Of a stretch of DNA of 64,000 nucleotides, positions 11,309 through 23,406 are shown piece after piece. The position numbers and the translations under genes are program-made. This stretch comes from Lingula anatina. Its lineage: Eukaryota; Animalia; Brachiopoda. Each line of letters opens with the position of its first letter. Within the stretch, counting starts at the first letter, position 1. The notes under the pieces were generated by a model that was not told the DNA's origin, made no database searches, and saw only the letters and a list, made by a program, of their open reading frames with translations. The DNA lies in contig CM120641.1 in assembly GCA_051362555.1 (NCBI GenBank), positions 20,770,001-20,834,000 on the forward strand, written 5' to 3'.

Positions 11309-12859
11309 GTTCAAGGTAAGTACCGACAAGTAGGTGCAAGGGTACTATGTCATTTCCTTTTTTAATCATCTGAAGTCTCGAACGAAATCACTAGTAACAC
11401 TTCTACAGTAAAGAGAAACAAGCAAAGCAAAATTAAATTTACAAAGAATCGGCGGACTGGATTTTATATGTTTTACGAAAGGTAAAAGGGGCGAATAATC
11501 AGTGAGGAATACTCCAAGGGGTGGACATTAATCGCGTTTGTGACTTTTTTCCCTTTTAATCCTTTTACCGTTTTCATAAATTTCAAAATTCAAATGCATT
11601 TTCGAAAATTCATTTCAAATTTAGGTCGCTCCAACCAAAACCCATCACCATCCCTCCCCGTTACGAACCTTCATGTCTGATCTCGAGTTACGAAGTTTTA
11701 TAGACATTTTTTACAATTGCTGAAGATTAAATGTTTTAAACTTGGCTTATGTAATACATATCATTGTTATCAGTTAAAAAACTTGTTTCATATTGATTTG
11801 TAAGTAATCACCTTTTATAAATATTGTGTCGAAACTGGCAAGTGAAAATAGAGATGCGACGCTACAATGTTGTGCGGATTGTATAAATTGCACCGCTACC
11901 GCAATTAATTGGAGACCTAAGGGCAAACATAGTATGTCGAAATATGTTTCTTTCGTAATTGTGAAAAGATATTAAGACAGCCCATCTTCTCTAAGGAGAC
12001 TAAGGGGTTTCTCCGTATTTGGCATGACGTTTCCAGCCTTTCTGAGATGTGATCAAAGACCGTTGAAGGAGGGTCAAACCGTTATGGCTCATTGGCAAAA
12101 CCATGTTTATTCTCTTCAGATAGGATCTATTTATTATGAAACTAACATGGCTTGCAAAGATAACATGTTTTCAAATATATATGAATATCAAAGTTAAATT
12201 AAACCTGACAAAACGACACCCCTTATTGCAAGTCTAGAGAAGATAGAAATGCATGGAATTGATGATCATATAATAATACATGTGATTTATTTTTTCGAAA
12301 AAGTGGGAATTATTAAATTGGTGTTATACTTTGGTGAGATTTGCTTATCGAAATTGCCCCCCCCCCCCCCCCCCCATCAAAAAAAAAAAAAACAACAAAC
12401 ATCAACAACAACAACAACAACAACAACAACAAAATAATAACACATCAGCCAAAACCATCCAAAGATAGAGATAAAAGCGAAATACGAGTAGATATGTTCA
12501 TTTCCAAAACCACCTAATCGCCCCATATGAAAATTAAGATATAGTTTATGGAAAGGTATCATACTTTGTCCAAATTTTTCTCCTTATAATTTTTAATACA
12601 TTGTGTGTATGTGTCACAGTTATGATACGCCATATGTAAGTTATGAATATCAGCAAAATGCGTGTGTGCGTATAGTCGTTAATTTAAAGACAAGCAAAGA
12701 AAAAGCCGACACCTTGGGGGTTTTCGAGTAAATTATTGGTTTACATAATGTCTTTTCTTGAACTTGCATCTCAGGGATCATCTGTATGAAGTTATGGCTG
12801 GACTCCATGAATGATTTTGTATTGACTGTAGTGTAGCACTGCCAAATTAAATTGCCCTT

Positions 12860-14176
12860 TCAATTAAAATTAATTATTCTTTGTTCGAACTGCTTTCTAT
12901 TCTGCTCTTTATTTCTGTGTTCCCCAGCCCATGTCCATGGCTTCAGGTCTTTACTAAGATCCTTCAGTGTTTTAACAGTGTATGCTACCTTCTCTGGCGT
13001 CACATACTGGTTGATGACAAATCTCATCAAGGCCCCGTTCCTTGGAGTGGCGGGATAGCCAAAAACCCACGGGAAGATTCCGTTGGAGCAAAGGAGGCTA
13101 TGTATATACATTGCCCTTTCCAGGTCACCAACCACCAGAGACACTATCGGATGGTTTGCGTTTTCTGTTACTGGATAGCCGGCTTCTTTAAGCTGTTGCC
13201 GAAATGATTGGGAAAGATTTCGCAAGTTATCCCGCTGTTGGGTTGCCAGTATTGCTAACTCTATCGCCTTTTTGGCTTTGACGGCGCTGGGGGTTTGTAC
13301 ATTCTCGCTGAATAAGGCTAACGTGGTCGCGCTGTTGTAGCAGTCCGCGACTTCCTTGCTGCTTGCAACAACACCATTTTGACACGATAGAGCCTTAGCT
13401 AGGGACGCCGTTCTAACATGAACGCCGTTTTCTAGCCCTAGATGGGCTACCAGGCCCTCGCCCGCATCTCCCACAACCCCAACAGCATGGCTCTCATCAA
13501 CAACAAGGATGCAATCCAGACGGCGGCACAACTCTACCAATTCTGCCATCGGCGCCTCTTCTCCGTTAACACTGTATATCGAATCCACGACGACAACTCC
13601 GCTCCCTGCTTTTTCTATCCGAAAACGAAGATGGTCCATGTCATTGTGCCGAAACAGCTTCAATCGCGACGAGGCCTCAGCAACGGACACCGCCGTCTTG
13701 AGGGTCATGTGGGCGTAATGGTCCATGTAAATGGGACGATCGTTACCTTTGAGTAAGATCTCCATGACGCCGATGTTTGCGGTTGCACATGAGTAGGTGA
13801 GGACAGCGGCTTCACTTTTTAACCACCTGGCTAAGGCTAGCTCTGTATCTTTTACCGGGGAGTTGGCAGGGTGAGAAACAACACAAGAAACGTTGTGGTC
13901 CATACCAGCCCGAAGAATGGCGTCTGCATGCGCCTGGTTCAGTTCCTGGTTAAGGCCAAGCCCCAAATAGTCCGAAGAGTAGAAGTCCACGTGGAATTTT
14001 GATTTGTCTAGCGTCTCAAACGGGGAGTAGGCCCTTTTGGCCAAAGCGGCCAATTCCCGTGCGTAGTCCCCTGGTAGTCCGCTTCCCAGATGTCGCTTTG
14101 TTATTGTAAATGGCTGGAATGGGGTAGTGGAATGGAATAGTTTGTACCACATGGAACAAAACGGTGAGGTCTTCAT
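12860..14176 (-). CDS. CqsA/LqsA-like alpha-oxoamine synthase, copy 3 (438 aa from ATG 14176)
   Basis: Paralog with intact motifs. A small indel near the 3' end changes the tail (…[13 protein letters not shown] vs …NIENSSN). Confidence 0.86.
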   Translation of the reverse strand: [438 protein letters not shown]

Positions 14177-14195
14177 GTTAGCCAATGGAGTGCGC

Positions 14196-14279
14196 CTCAT
14201 TTAGAAAAGAATAATTTAATATATTAACATATATTTGGATAATTTTGCTATATTTCATGAGTCCATATCCTAGACTTAC
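14196..14279 (-). other. Predicted 5'-UTR intron of copy 3 (84 nt)
   Basis: G|GTAAGT...TTCTTTTCTAAATGAG|GC; the acceptor is the weaker GAG. Confidence 0.6.
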
Positions 14280-15676
14280 CACTTGTATATCAATCGAACT
14301 CTGTAGAATGCAAAAGAAGAAATATAGTACACGGTTTATCGCAATTTTTAGCCCATCAAAACATTTTACTATTTATTATTTACTATCTAAATTTGGGAAA
14401 AGGTGAATATTAGTCAGTTTTATCCTAAGATCAATGGTAGTTCACAGGATCCCGTACGTCCCCTTACTAGGACTACCATTCCTGTTACACTGATACAGTT
14501 AACGTGCGTTCTTGAGATGGGGACCTAAGTAAGCTAATTGACCTCAGACCTTATGTGAAACAGGTCCATAAAATAAAACGCACTAAGACAAATGTGACGT
14601 TTTTTAAAAATAGTACGTAATATCGAAGTAGTCTTTGGCTGAAGCTTGGACATTAAAACGAATGGCTGAAGTGGCCGAATTACCGCTGACATTACCTTTG
14701 TCCTGATTTCGTTTCCCGGAGTATATTGGTGAGAAATCACAGTGCAGGGCGAGGCTATAGTTGTTATCTGAGATGACAAGTTTGTGAAGGCAAACTTGCT
14801 CCAAGGCCTAGTGTAGCGACGACTGGACAGTTTATAGAGTTGACATTACTTAAGCCGACATACACCCAACTTTTCAGCAGTAGCTACGCCTACCAGCGAC
14901 GTAATGTGCAGTGACCCATGCAGCACTGTGTGCAGTGAAAGATGTGAAAGCACAACCTTGGACATGATATGTCCAATGCACAACACATTGAGCAATGTGT
15001 TTAAACCTAACATCCACATCTTTAGCAATATTATTATTTAAAGGAATTTTTAACACTTTAAGAGTTAAACCTATAAACTCCATTTTTTTCGCGATGTAAT
15101 ATTGAACAGCCGATTAAAAGGAATATATACTACTACTACACTACTTAAAAATGATAGAATGTTTTGAAAATTAGAACTGTAAGTTTTATTACAAAGCTCA
15201 GTTTGATTGTTGTCACAAACATTTGATAAAGCTGGCTGAAGCGATGACCAATAAACAATTTTCACGTTATGAAAGTGGACTAAACTCATTGAGTAATGAA
15301 AAATAGTTAGTAAGAATTGTATTTCCTTTATAACAGAACTGGGCAGAATGGCCACTCCTCGGACGTGTACACTAAGGTCGCAATCACTGGTGTTTCATGT
15401 CAAGTTTGTTCTGCACATTTGAAAGGTGCCACTGCTTCAACTATTAAAAAGAAAGAACTCAAAAGAGAACTTGGTTACTTTGTGGATGTGGTGATCTCGC
15501 GTAGGAATCACTCAATGAACTCTGTAAAATCATTCAACGGCATCACACAGAGCAATATAGGCGACCAGGCATCAGCACTGGTCGTCCCCGTCACACTACA
15601 GCCTGGAAGAATCGTATACCTTATCAGATGTATCGTCAAAAGATGACATTATCAGTACCTTCTCTAAAAGACAGTG

Positions 15677-15680
<4 letters not shown>

Positions 15681-15763
<83 letters not shown>
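15681..15763. repeat. Compound (CA)n(GA)n microsatellite
   Basis: Seen directly in the sequence. Confidence 0.95.
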
Positions 15764-15765
<2 letters not shown>

Positions 15766-16620
15766 AAAAAAAAGAGTTTCCAGAGGATCAGTCAACAGGA
15801 GACTTCTGATTAGTGGCCTAAGCCAAGGTGTACTCTTACGAAAACTTTTTTTAACCTAACAGATGAAGAGCTAGGGATGGACCCGGCAACCTCATGGCTG
15901 TAAAATGCGTCATGGATGCATGTCTGGTTTTCATATGAAGCAAGATTTCTTCTTCTTTGTGGCTTTGTTAGCAGACTCCTTGTTTCATATTAATTTCGGA
16001 AAAAATCAGGAGAAGACCGTGAGGCGGGAACTGTTACCCACCTAACTCACCCAAACACATGGCGCATCGCTAACACAATCAGTAAGGCTTGAAGGCAATT
16101 TAATTTATAACTCCCTGTTTATGATAAGAATTGAAAATAAAAAAGAGTAAGTTATTCTCTTCTATTATTTTCCATCTATTTGAAAATATTCATAAGTAAT
16201 TTACTTTCTTTCTTTCTGATAAATGAAGATATTTTAAAGGAGAAAACGAGGAAAAGAAAAACATTACAGGCAAGGGGATGGGTGATTTATTAGCTAGATC
16301 TATTCAGATAACTAAACATTCGTTTATATTTAAATATAAAGAAATCTCCTTTGGAGCTACAAAACTTTATCGTGTGACAGGTTTGCTCCGGGCCCACTGA
16401 GGTACCTAGGTACTCAAATAGCTCTAGGCAGTCTGTGGTTCACGAGAAAATCTTGGTGATTTATAGACGTGGGGTGGATTAAGCTTCATGTTATTATCTT
16501 CGAGGTATGATAGGGAAGGCCTCTATAGATGTTATGGTTTTATAACTCGGATATATAAAACAACAACACCTTCTTTTCGGTTAGCATCATGCTGCCGGAG
16601 AAAGAGAAATTGACAACGTA

Positions 16621-16641
16621 TCACATGACAAGTCACATGAC
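16621..16641 (+). promoter_or_regulatory. Twin E-box/M-box (TCACATGAC x2) upstream of the CDR2-like gene
   Basis: tcacatgac-aag-tcacatgac lies ~130 nt before the ATG and matches the bHLH-ZIP (MiT/TFE, USF) consensus. Confidence 0.4.
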
Positions 16642-16772
16642 GATAATGTGATAAAGCAATCGACCGGCCCGCATACTGATTATATGCTGAATACACGCCA
16701 CGTTTATTATTAGTCGTTCTCTGTTATCAGTAAGGTTGATTGCAGTTCAGCGCGAACTGAAAAGACGCAAAC

Positions 16773-18168
16773 ATGCTGCAGATGTCAAGCGAACTGGACT
16801 ACGAAAGAGAGAGTCGTGATTCAGAGGAGAACGCTTGGTATGAAAGCGGTAGGTGGATATTTTCTTTAGTCCTCGGTTAGATCCAGTCGTAGACATGTGT
16901 CAGTAATGATTCATTCTATTCACATTAACATATAGGCCTACAGAAGAGATCGAGCTGGTGTGTAGACATCTCGGCGTTATCATCAAAGATAGAGGTCTCA
17001 TGGAATTTGAATGTAGAAGCAGTTAATTCACTGAACAATGTCAGCATATGGGTTTATATAAATTGTTCTACTACATACATATTACGTGTGTGTGGTATGT
17101 GTGTGCTAAATTTTCCCACCATCTGCCAGTCACATTGCAGACATTAATCGCAAGAGGCAAGGTCAGATCGATGGTTGAATACTTTAATTTCTCTTCATTT
17201 GCCAACTTGGCAGATATTTTCCTTTATATCAGCCTTGATGACGTTCAAACTCCAGCTTCGTATCTGGCATTTCAAATATGTGTTAATGCTGTTATGTTAC
17301 TGGGAGCTGACTACTAACAGGCCTATATTTCATATATTTGTATTTCAGATAGACAGGCCTTATAAGATAGAGCCAAAATGAAAACTCTAGCTACATGTGT
17401 CACTGATTACAAAGAAGCAGTTTTCTTTTTAACATCTCTTCAGTGGAATTAGCATTTCCACTTCTTGCACCCGGTATTTTAGCGCAGCAGAATCCATCCA
17501 ATGGTCCACTTGGCAAGTTTCTTATTAAAATTGCCTTCTCGCGTGAAGGTACTGGTCAATCCGTCACATTCTTGATCTTACAGATACCCCACCTGTTTCT
17601 TGGCTACCTTAATCCATCTCGTACTCCAGCATGTACTTACAGTATTGAACCATGTCAGAATACCACGCCTGGTTATCTTTCTAGTTGAACCCAGCACGCA
17701 GCGCGGCATGCCAGCATACCTGCCGTGGCTTCTGTAGTCTAATGGTACCCAACTCTCAAGGTTACATTTAGCTGAAGCCGAAGTCAGTCTGGCTTAATTC
17801 ATTTCCAAAGTAATTCAGTATCCCATTTGAACCTTCTTCAAAACAACAAGAGATTGAGATTATATCTTGTTTTTATCCAAACCGACAATCGATGTGTGAA
17901 TCTTGTGTTAGTAACATAATAAAATAAAATGATTACATAAATAAATTAATGAACAGTGGCACATTCCAAATAAGTATGCATTATTGTAGCTATTAAAAAA
18001 TGTAGTTAAAAAGACGGAAAACATCATGTCTGGGACAGTGCTTATACGAGAATTGTTTCCATTGAATTGTTCGATTTCGCTCTCGGGTTTGAGTCATAAT
18101 GGGAAATTTATCTGGGATCTTAAGGACCACGCCCCTCTTTTCCCCGGTCGCTTAGTCACATTTTTTTC

Positions 18169-18209
<41 letters not shown>

Positions 18210-21200
18210 CTTATAAGAACGATTTTATTGCAGATTTACAACTGGCGGCTGAGCTTGGCAAAACTTTACTTGAGCGTAACAAAGATCTAGAAAGTCAACT
18301 GTGCCAGTATCAACAGTCAAACCATGAACTGGAGCTGGAAAACACGGTAGGTCGTTAGGGTCACTTCTAACAGTAAGGGCCTGTGTTATTAGCTGAATAA
18401 CATGGTGCTAATAACATGATTGGTTTGCGATAAGAATGTTAAGTGGCAGTAATCCATATCCATCTATCTTTCATTTATTCATTCATTATGGTTTCATGTA
18501 TTGCTGTATAAATAGAGACATTTGACCTTATCAGACTTATATATAAAAAATATATATTGCGAACCATTTAATTACTTAACTTACTCAAATTGGTATTTTT
18601 CATCTTATCGTCAAAATATTTGCTCTAGTGCAAAATTAATAAGTACTATTTTTAGGAAGCATCCTAAGCCCTGTATAGGCCTGCTACGTACTATGAAAGC
18701 TCTAAAAATGATAGAGATGGGTCGGCCTGCTTTGGTGTGAACTCGCCTTATATATAGATCTGCGTGCTCCAGTTGCCCCTAAATATCATAAAACTACATT
18801 GAATAATGACACATTTTAAACGGAGATGAACTGAACGCTTATGCGGTACGAGATAGCTTCAACATCCCTTGTATCCTAAGGACATCAACAGCGGAATGCT
18901 TAATAGATTATATAGATGCATATACCACTTCGTTAATGTACATTTACCCCAGAAGTTCAAAATATCCTGCGCCGTTGCAACTAAGTGCATGGTATGATGG
19001 TGTATATATCATACTTGTACATCATCCTGATTCCTTCGAATTCATAAGTAATTGCTAGTGTTACAATCAATCGCCACTGCATGTCTGGTTTGTATGAATG
19101 GATCGTGTACGGAAGTTTAGAGGGTAAAAATACAAATTCGTATCTTACGGTTTTTTAATGTTATGTACCACCCATCTCTCTATCTTATGTTTTACTTAGG
19201 GATGCCCAAAGGATACATATTAAAGTTTTCTCTTCATTTGGCTTCCTATAGAGTGGTTACATGCATTCCCTGCATTATTGCAGTTTAATCATTGTTTTAT
19301 ATTATTCTTTTTAAAGGATGCAATATACATTTTGGATAAGGCATTGACTATCTAAAAGGAAAACGGAAATTAAAAAAAAAAACAGTAAAACCCTATATAC
19401 TTTCCCTTTCATTTGGTAATGCAGTTTCCGTCACTTTTTAAATTTTGTCTCCAGTTTTTCTCACGATGAAAACAAAAGCGATTTCTGACGTATTTTTAAC
19501 AGTATGCATCAAGCTTGCATTATTCACATAGCGCAAGAAGAGTGTACTCTTTTTCCTGTCGTGACAAAAGCACATCTCCATTGGAATAGACAGTTGCCTC
19601 ATTGTATTTCTCATTATGGGAGTATCATTTGGGGACAACGGGGCACTTCTGTCACTGTGGAATTCTTAATGTTGTTTTTGGTGGTTATATTGCCATTAGA
19701 GTGTTATAGATTGGGTGTTAATTTTGGAACGCATTGGTTTTTCACTGGCCAAGTAGTGTGGATTCTTTGGTTATGATGCAATGTAGGTTTGTGTATATTC
19801 TAACGCTTCAAAATACTCCTGGTACCACAAAAATACAGGATGAAAATAAACCTACATTTGTGTAATATACAATTTCAAGGCATAGACGCTCTATATAATC
19901 ATATAATATAAGAAATGTCTAATAAACGAATTGTCATAATGATGGATGATCAGACGACCAGTGGTCTGAGTATAAACAGAAGTTCTCTGTTTTGCCGGAT
20001 AAAACGCTTCCTAAATTGAAAGGATGTTACAGAAACGAAGGATGAAAAGGAATGCTTATGTTTTTCAGAAGGGAGAGGAAATTAGTAAAGGATAATCGTC
20101 GATTTATTAAATATTTCACTGTGTCTGTATTTTATTCTCTCTGCACCCATGTATTTCGTCCAGGACTATGTATGTATTGAGGCAGCACACAGGTCTATTG
20201 ACCGTAAGTGTTACGTCTTTAGTGCTGCCAGAGGTAACATTATCTAGTCTGTGAGATTCCCACGCGCAAAATGTCAGTGAAATCCCCAAATAATTTGTCT
20301 GCGAAGCAATTTCAAAGGCTTCAGATACAATCCCATTACTTTGTTAGTATCGATCCTGTTTGTTAGATCTATGCATTTGAGCATTAATGGACCTCACCAC
20401 GAAGGCAAAAAGCAGTAGCATCGGTCTGTGACTTCAAGTGGCTGAGAATCAATGGTTATTCTCCGTGACTACAGTGTTATTCTAATGTACAGTTAGAAGC
20501 GTGTTTCAAGGCTGCAACTCAAGCACAGTCGTCTCTCCACACAGACTCACTGTGTTTCTAATGTGAATTTGATGATATCGATCTTTTGCTTCTAGGAATT
20601 TTAACAAATGAATTTTAGAGCAGGCCATGCTGCAACTAGGTTAATGATGTTGCTAATCTGAAGAACGATTCAGATAATTGGTGGTAATATTTTGAAATTG
20701 ATTGTAATATTTTGACACTTGTTTTTACATTAGTGAATAACTAGGGATATTTGACGAAGGGCTTTGCGCTTCACTGAATCACTATCATATGTTGGCCGTT
20801 TCTAGATTCGCAAACATATTTTTTCCTGTTCTTTCTTTTTTTTCATCAAATTCAGTATTCAGTCAGGTCAATCACGAAGCGTTCAATGGAAATTCAGTTT
20901 TATTTCCATAAGTGAAAATTAAGTGTTCTGCGTAGTAGTAAAACTTTTTCATGTTGCCGCGTGTCCAAGGTTGCGCTGAGTCCAAGGTTGTGCTGCGATC
21001 AAAGTTGTGTGGAGTCCAAGATAATGTTGGCTGAATGTGAGCGAATTTTGAACATTTTTAAGCGACAGTAGGAGACACTCTGTGATTCAGAGCACATACA
21101 GCCACAAAGAGCAGCGATCTTTTTTTATTTGACGGTTTCAGATATGTCCTGAAACCCGGGGTGGTATGTAGATACTTGACGAGATAGGAATTTTTGTAGG

Positions 21201-23406
21201 ATCGATACAGTAATATGTGCTACTGAACGTTAAAATAAGTTTATCTCAAATGCATTATGGATGTGGGTTATTCCATCGGGAGGATGAAAGATAGCATTTC
21301 AAGTGTAAATTCATGAGTTTTTGCTCATATTGAGAAAACTGACATGCGAGCTTAGCAAAATTTGTTTTTAAGCATATTTTGTGTCTTGGTTATTTTCTCC
21401 GTGTGATTTAAAATTCAGGTTGTTGAGTGCTGTGTAACTAAAAAATTTAAATCTATCATGTCCCAATTTTTAACCACTTTTTTTGCCTATTTTTGTTTTG
21501 TTTTGCTTTATTTGTTGTGAGTGTGTGTTGGGGGGGGGGGGGGGTAGCAAATAATCACTGTCAAACTTACAAACCTATATTTTATTTATCTTTTTTTATT
21601 CTATTTTATATTTTCTATTCTCTCAGAGATGCGTACATCACGGGCTACATGTATCTGAAATTCATGAATCGAACTATTCACTGATACAATTTATTTCCGA
21701 TTTTACAGTTTTTGGCGAAGCAGCTGGACGCCCTGCGAGAGGTTAATGAATCCAGGATGAAAGTTTACGAGGATTTAGATAAAACTTCACAGGAACAGGA
21801 GGCTGCCAACCAGAAAATGATCGTAGAATTGAAAATCGATAAGCAGACGATCCAACAGTAAATTTCATCTTTTATCGTTTGTCTTTTTTTATTTGTAATT
21901 CTTTGTCTGTCTGCTCGATCTAACTTTCAGTCCCTTTTCTGTCATTGTATTTTTGTTATGTTATGTGTTATTCCATTTGTTGAGAACACGGAAAGTATAT
22001 AAATTGGGCACTGTTGACATTTTCCTTCGGAATTCAGCGGGTCAACTATGTGGCACCCAAATATTTGAATAGTGTCAGGTCCTATCCAAACGAGATCAAT
22101 AGTTATCAAAATGTAAATATTACCAGGTAAATAGGAAATCGTTGTTTGTCTATTGCTACTTTATCTGCTATTTTAAAGACAAATGAGTATTTCATTAAAA
22201 AAGTGGTCAAATGCACTTTTTAAAAAAAGCAATTTCGCTAAAATTGCAATGAAGTTGTAAGACGGAGTCACCCTTGCATGTATAGGCCTAAGCTAACCTT
22301 GTTTCCAATAATTTAAATTTTCCTCTTTAATTAAACATACGATATACCGGGTAGGCTTATGTTGATTTAATTAGATTTCTGAAAAACTATGTATGAGCCA
22401 AAAAATATTTTCACAACGAACTTAAATTTCCAGACTTGAGGAAACAGTCGACGTTCTGGAAAAGAAATGTAACGACCTACAGACGGAAGTAGACGACTAC
22501 AGACGTGCAGAAACGCAGCGGCAACGCGTTGAGCAGCGGCGGAAAACTAGAAGTGTGCCCAGTCTCAATGAATCAAACGCACTCAAAAGATATTACGACC
22601 TAGGAGATATTTATGACTTGAACAGTCTTCCATTAAATCGGTATGAAAAAGAAATACACGAACTTCAAGAGACGGTAAAAAAGCTACGCGCGCAACAAGT
22701 GATCGAGAAAAGAAAGCGCGATGAAATAGCAGACGAACTTTCTGCCGCCACTGCCGAGAGCCAAAATTTTGAAGCCAGAGTAAAAGAGCTGGAGGCAGAT
22801 TCACTAAAACTGAAAGCTCTGCAAAGCGAACTGCAGGATTTAGAAATGAGAATGGGTAAAATGTGCATTCGATGTAAAGGTGAGTTGAATCTCCACAAAG
22901 AAATTGAACATGAAGTGCTGGAACCGCGTGTCGAGAGCGACTTCACAAATGTTGTTCACGCCAAAGTGGTTCGACTTCAGAATGGCGGTAGTGCATACGG
23001 GAGCCAAGAATCTCTTAACGTTTTAGCAGCCGATCACTCAACCGGGAATACTCCGCTCGTCTCCCCATCGCCTTCTTTATTGAACGAATTGGATGCTCAG
23101 TATCACGCTCTGGTCGAAAAATATGAATCTCTGATCAACTCAAAATCGAAACGCGTGAGCATTGCGACGACAACGCAGTCCTCTTCAACCGATGATGTCC
23201 GCCAGAAGGACGCCAGTTCTTCGAAGGAAGTTCAAACAGATACTTTGCTCAAGAAATACCCGACTGACCCGACCAACTGTCACTTCGACCACGGTCCACC
23301 GGAATACAAACAAATTTTCAAAGAAATTTTTGAAACTCTCAGAAAATCCATGTCATTCGACGAACAGTTGAAAGAGCAGAAAATGAAGGGCAGTCAATCT
23401 TTCTGA
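16773..23406 (+). CDS. CDR2: Cerebellar degeneration-related protein 2 (CDR2/CDR2L)-like coiled-coil protein, 4 coding exons
   Basis: Exons 16773-16848, 18234-18346, 21709-21857 and 22434-23406 join in frame at GT-AG sites. They give ...AWYES-DLQLAAELGKTLLERNKDLE...FLAKQLDALREVNESRMKVYEDLD..., plus C-terminal SLLNELDAQYHALVEKYE and PPEYKQIFKEIFETL motifs typical of the CDR2 family. Confidence 0.88.

Larger units (their letters stand above)
1..15530. repeat. Tandem segmental duplication, ~5 kb unit (gene plus flanks), at least 3 copies
   Basis: Upstream flanks at ~4560-5770, ~9870-11250 and ~14445-15530 align with each other. Downstream flanks also align, and 1-~920 matches ~11432-12350. Confidence 0.92.

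Noticed and set aside
2995-14200. Bacterial contamination, or a bacterial cqsA-cqsS operon
   Set aside because: There is no sensor kinase or operon structure. The flanks are AT-rich with microsatellites, host MITEs and splice signals, and are contiguous with multi-exon animal genes.
20961-21020. Three to four degenerate 17-bp tandem units (gtccaaggttg..ctg) in a CDR2 intron
   Set aside because: Too short and degenerate to support a function.
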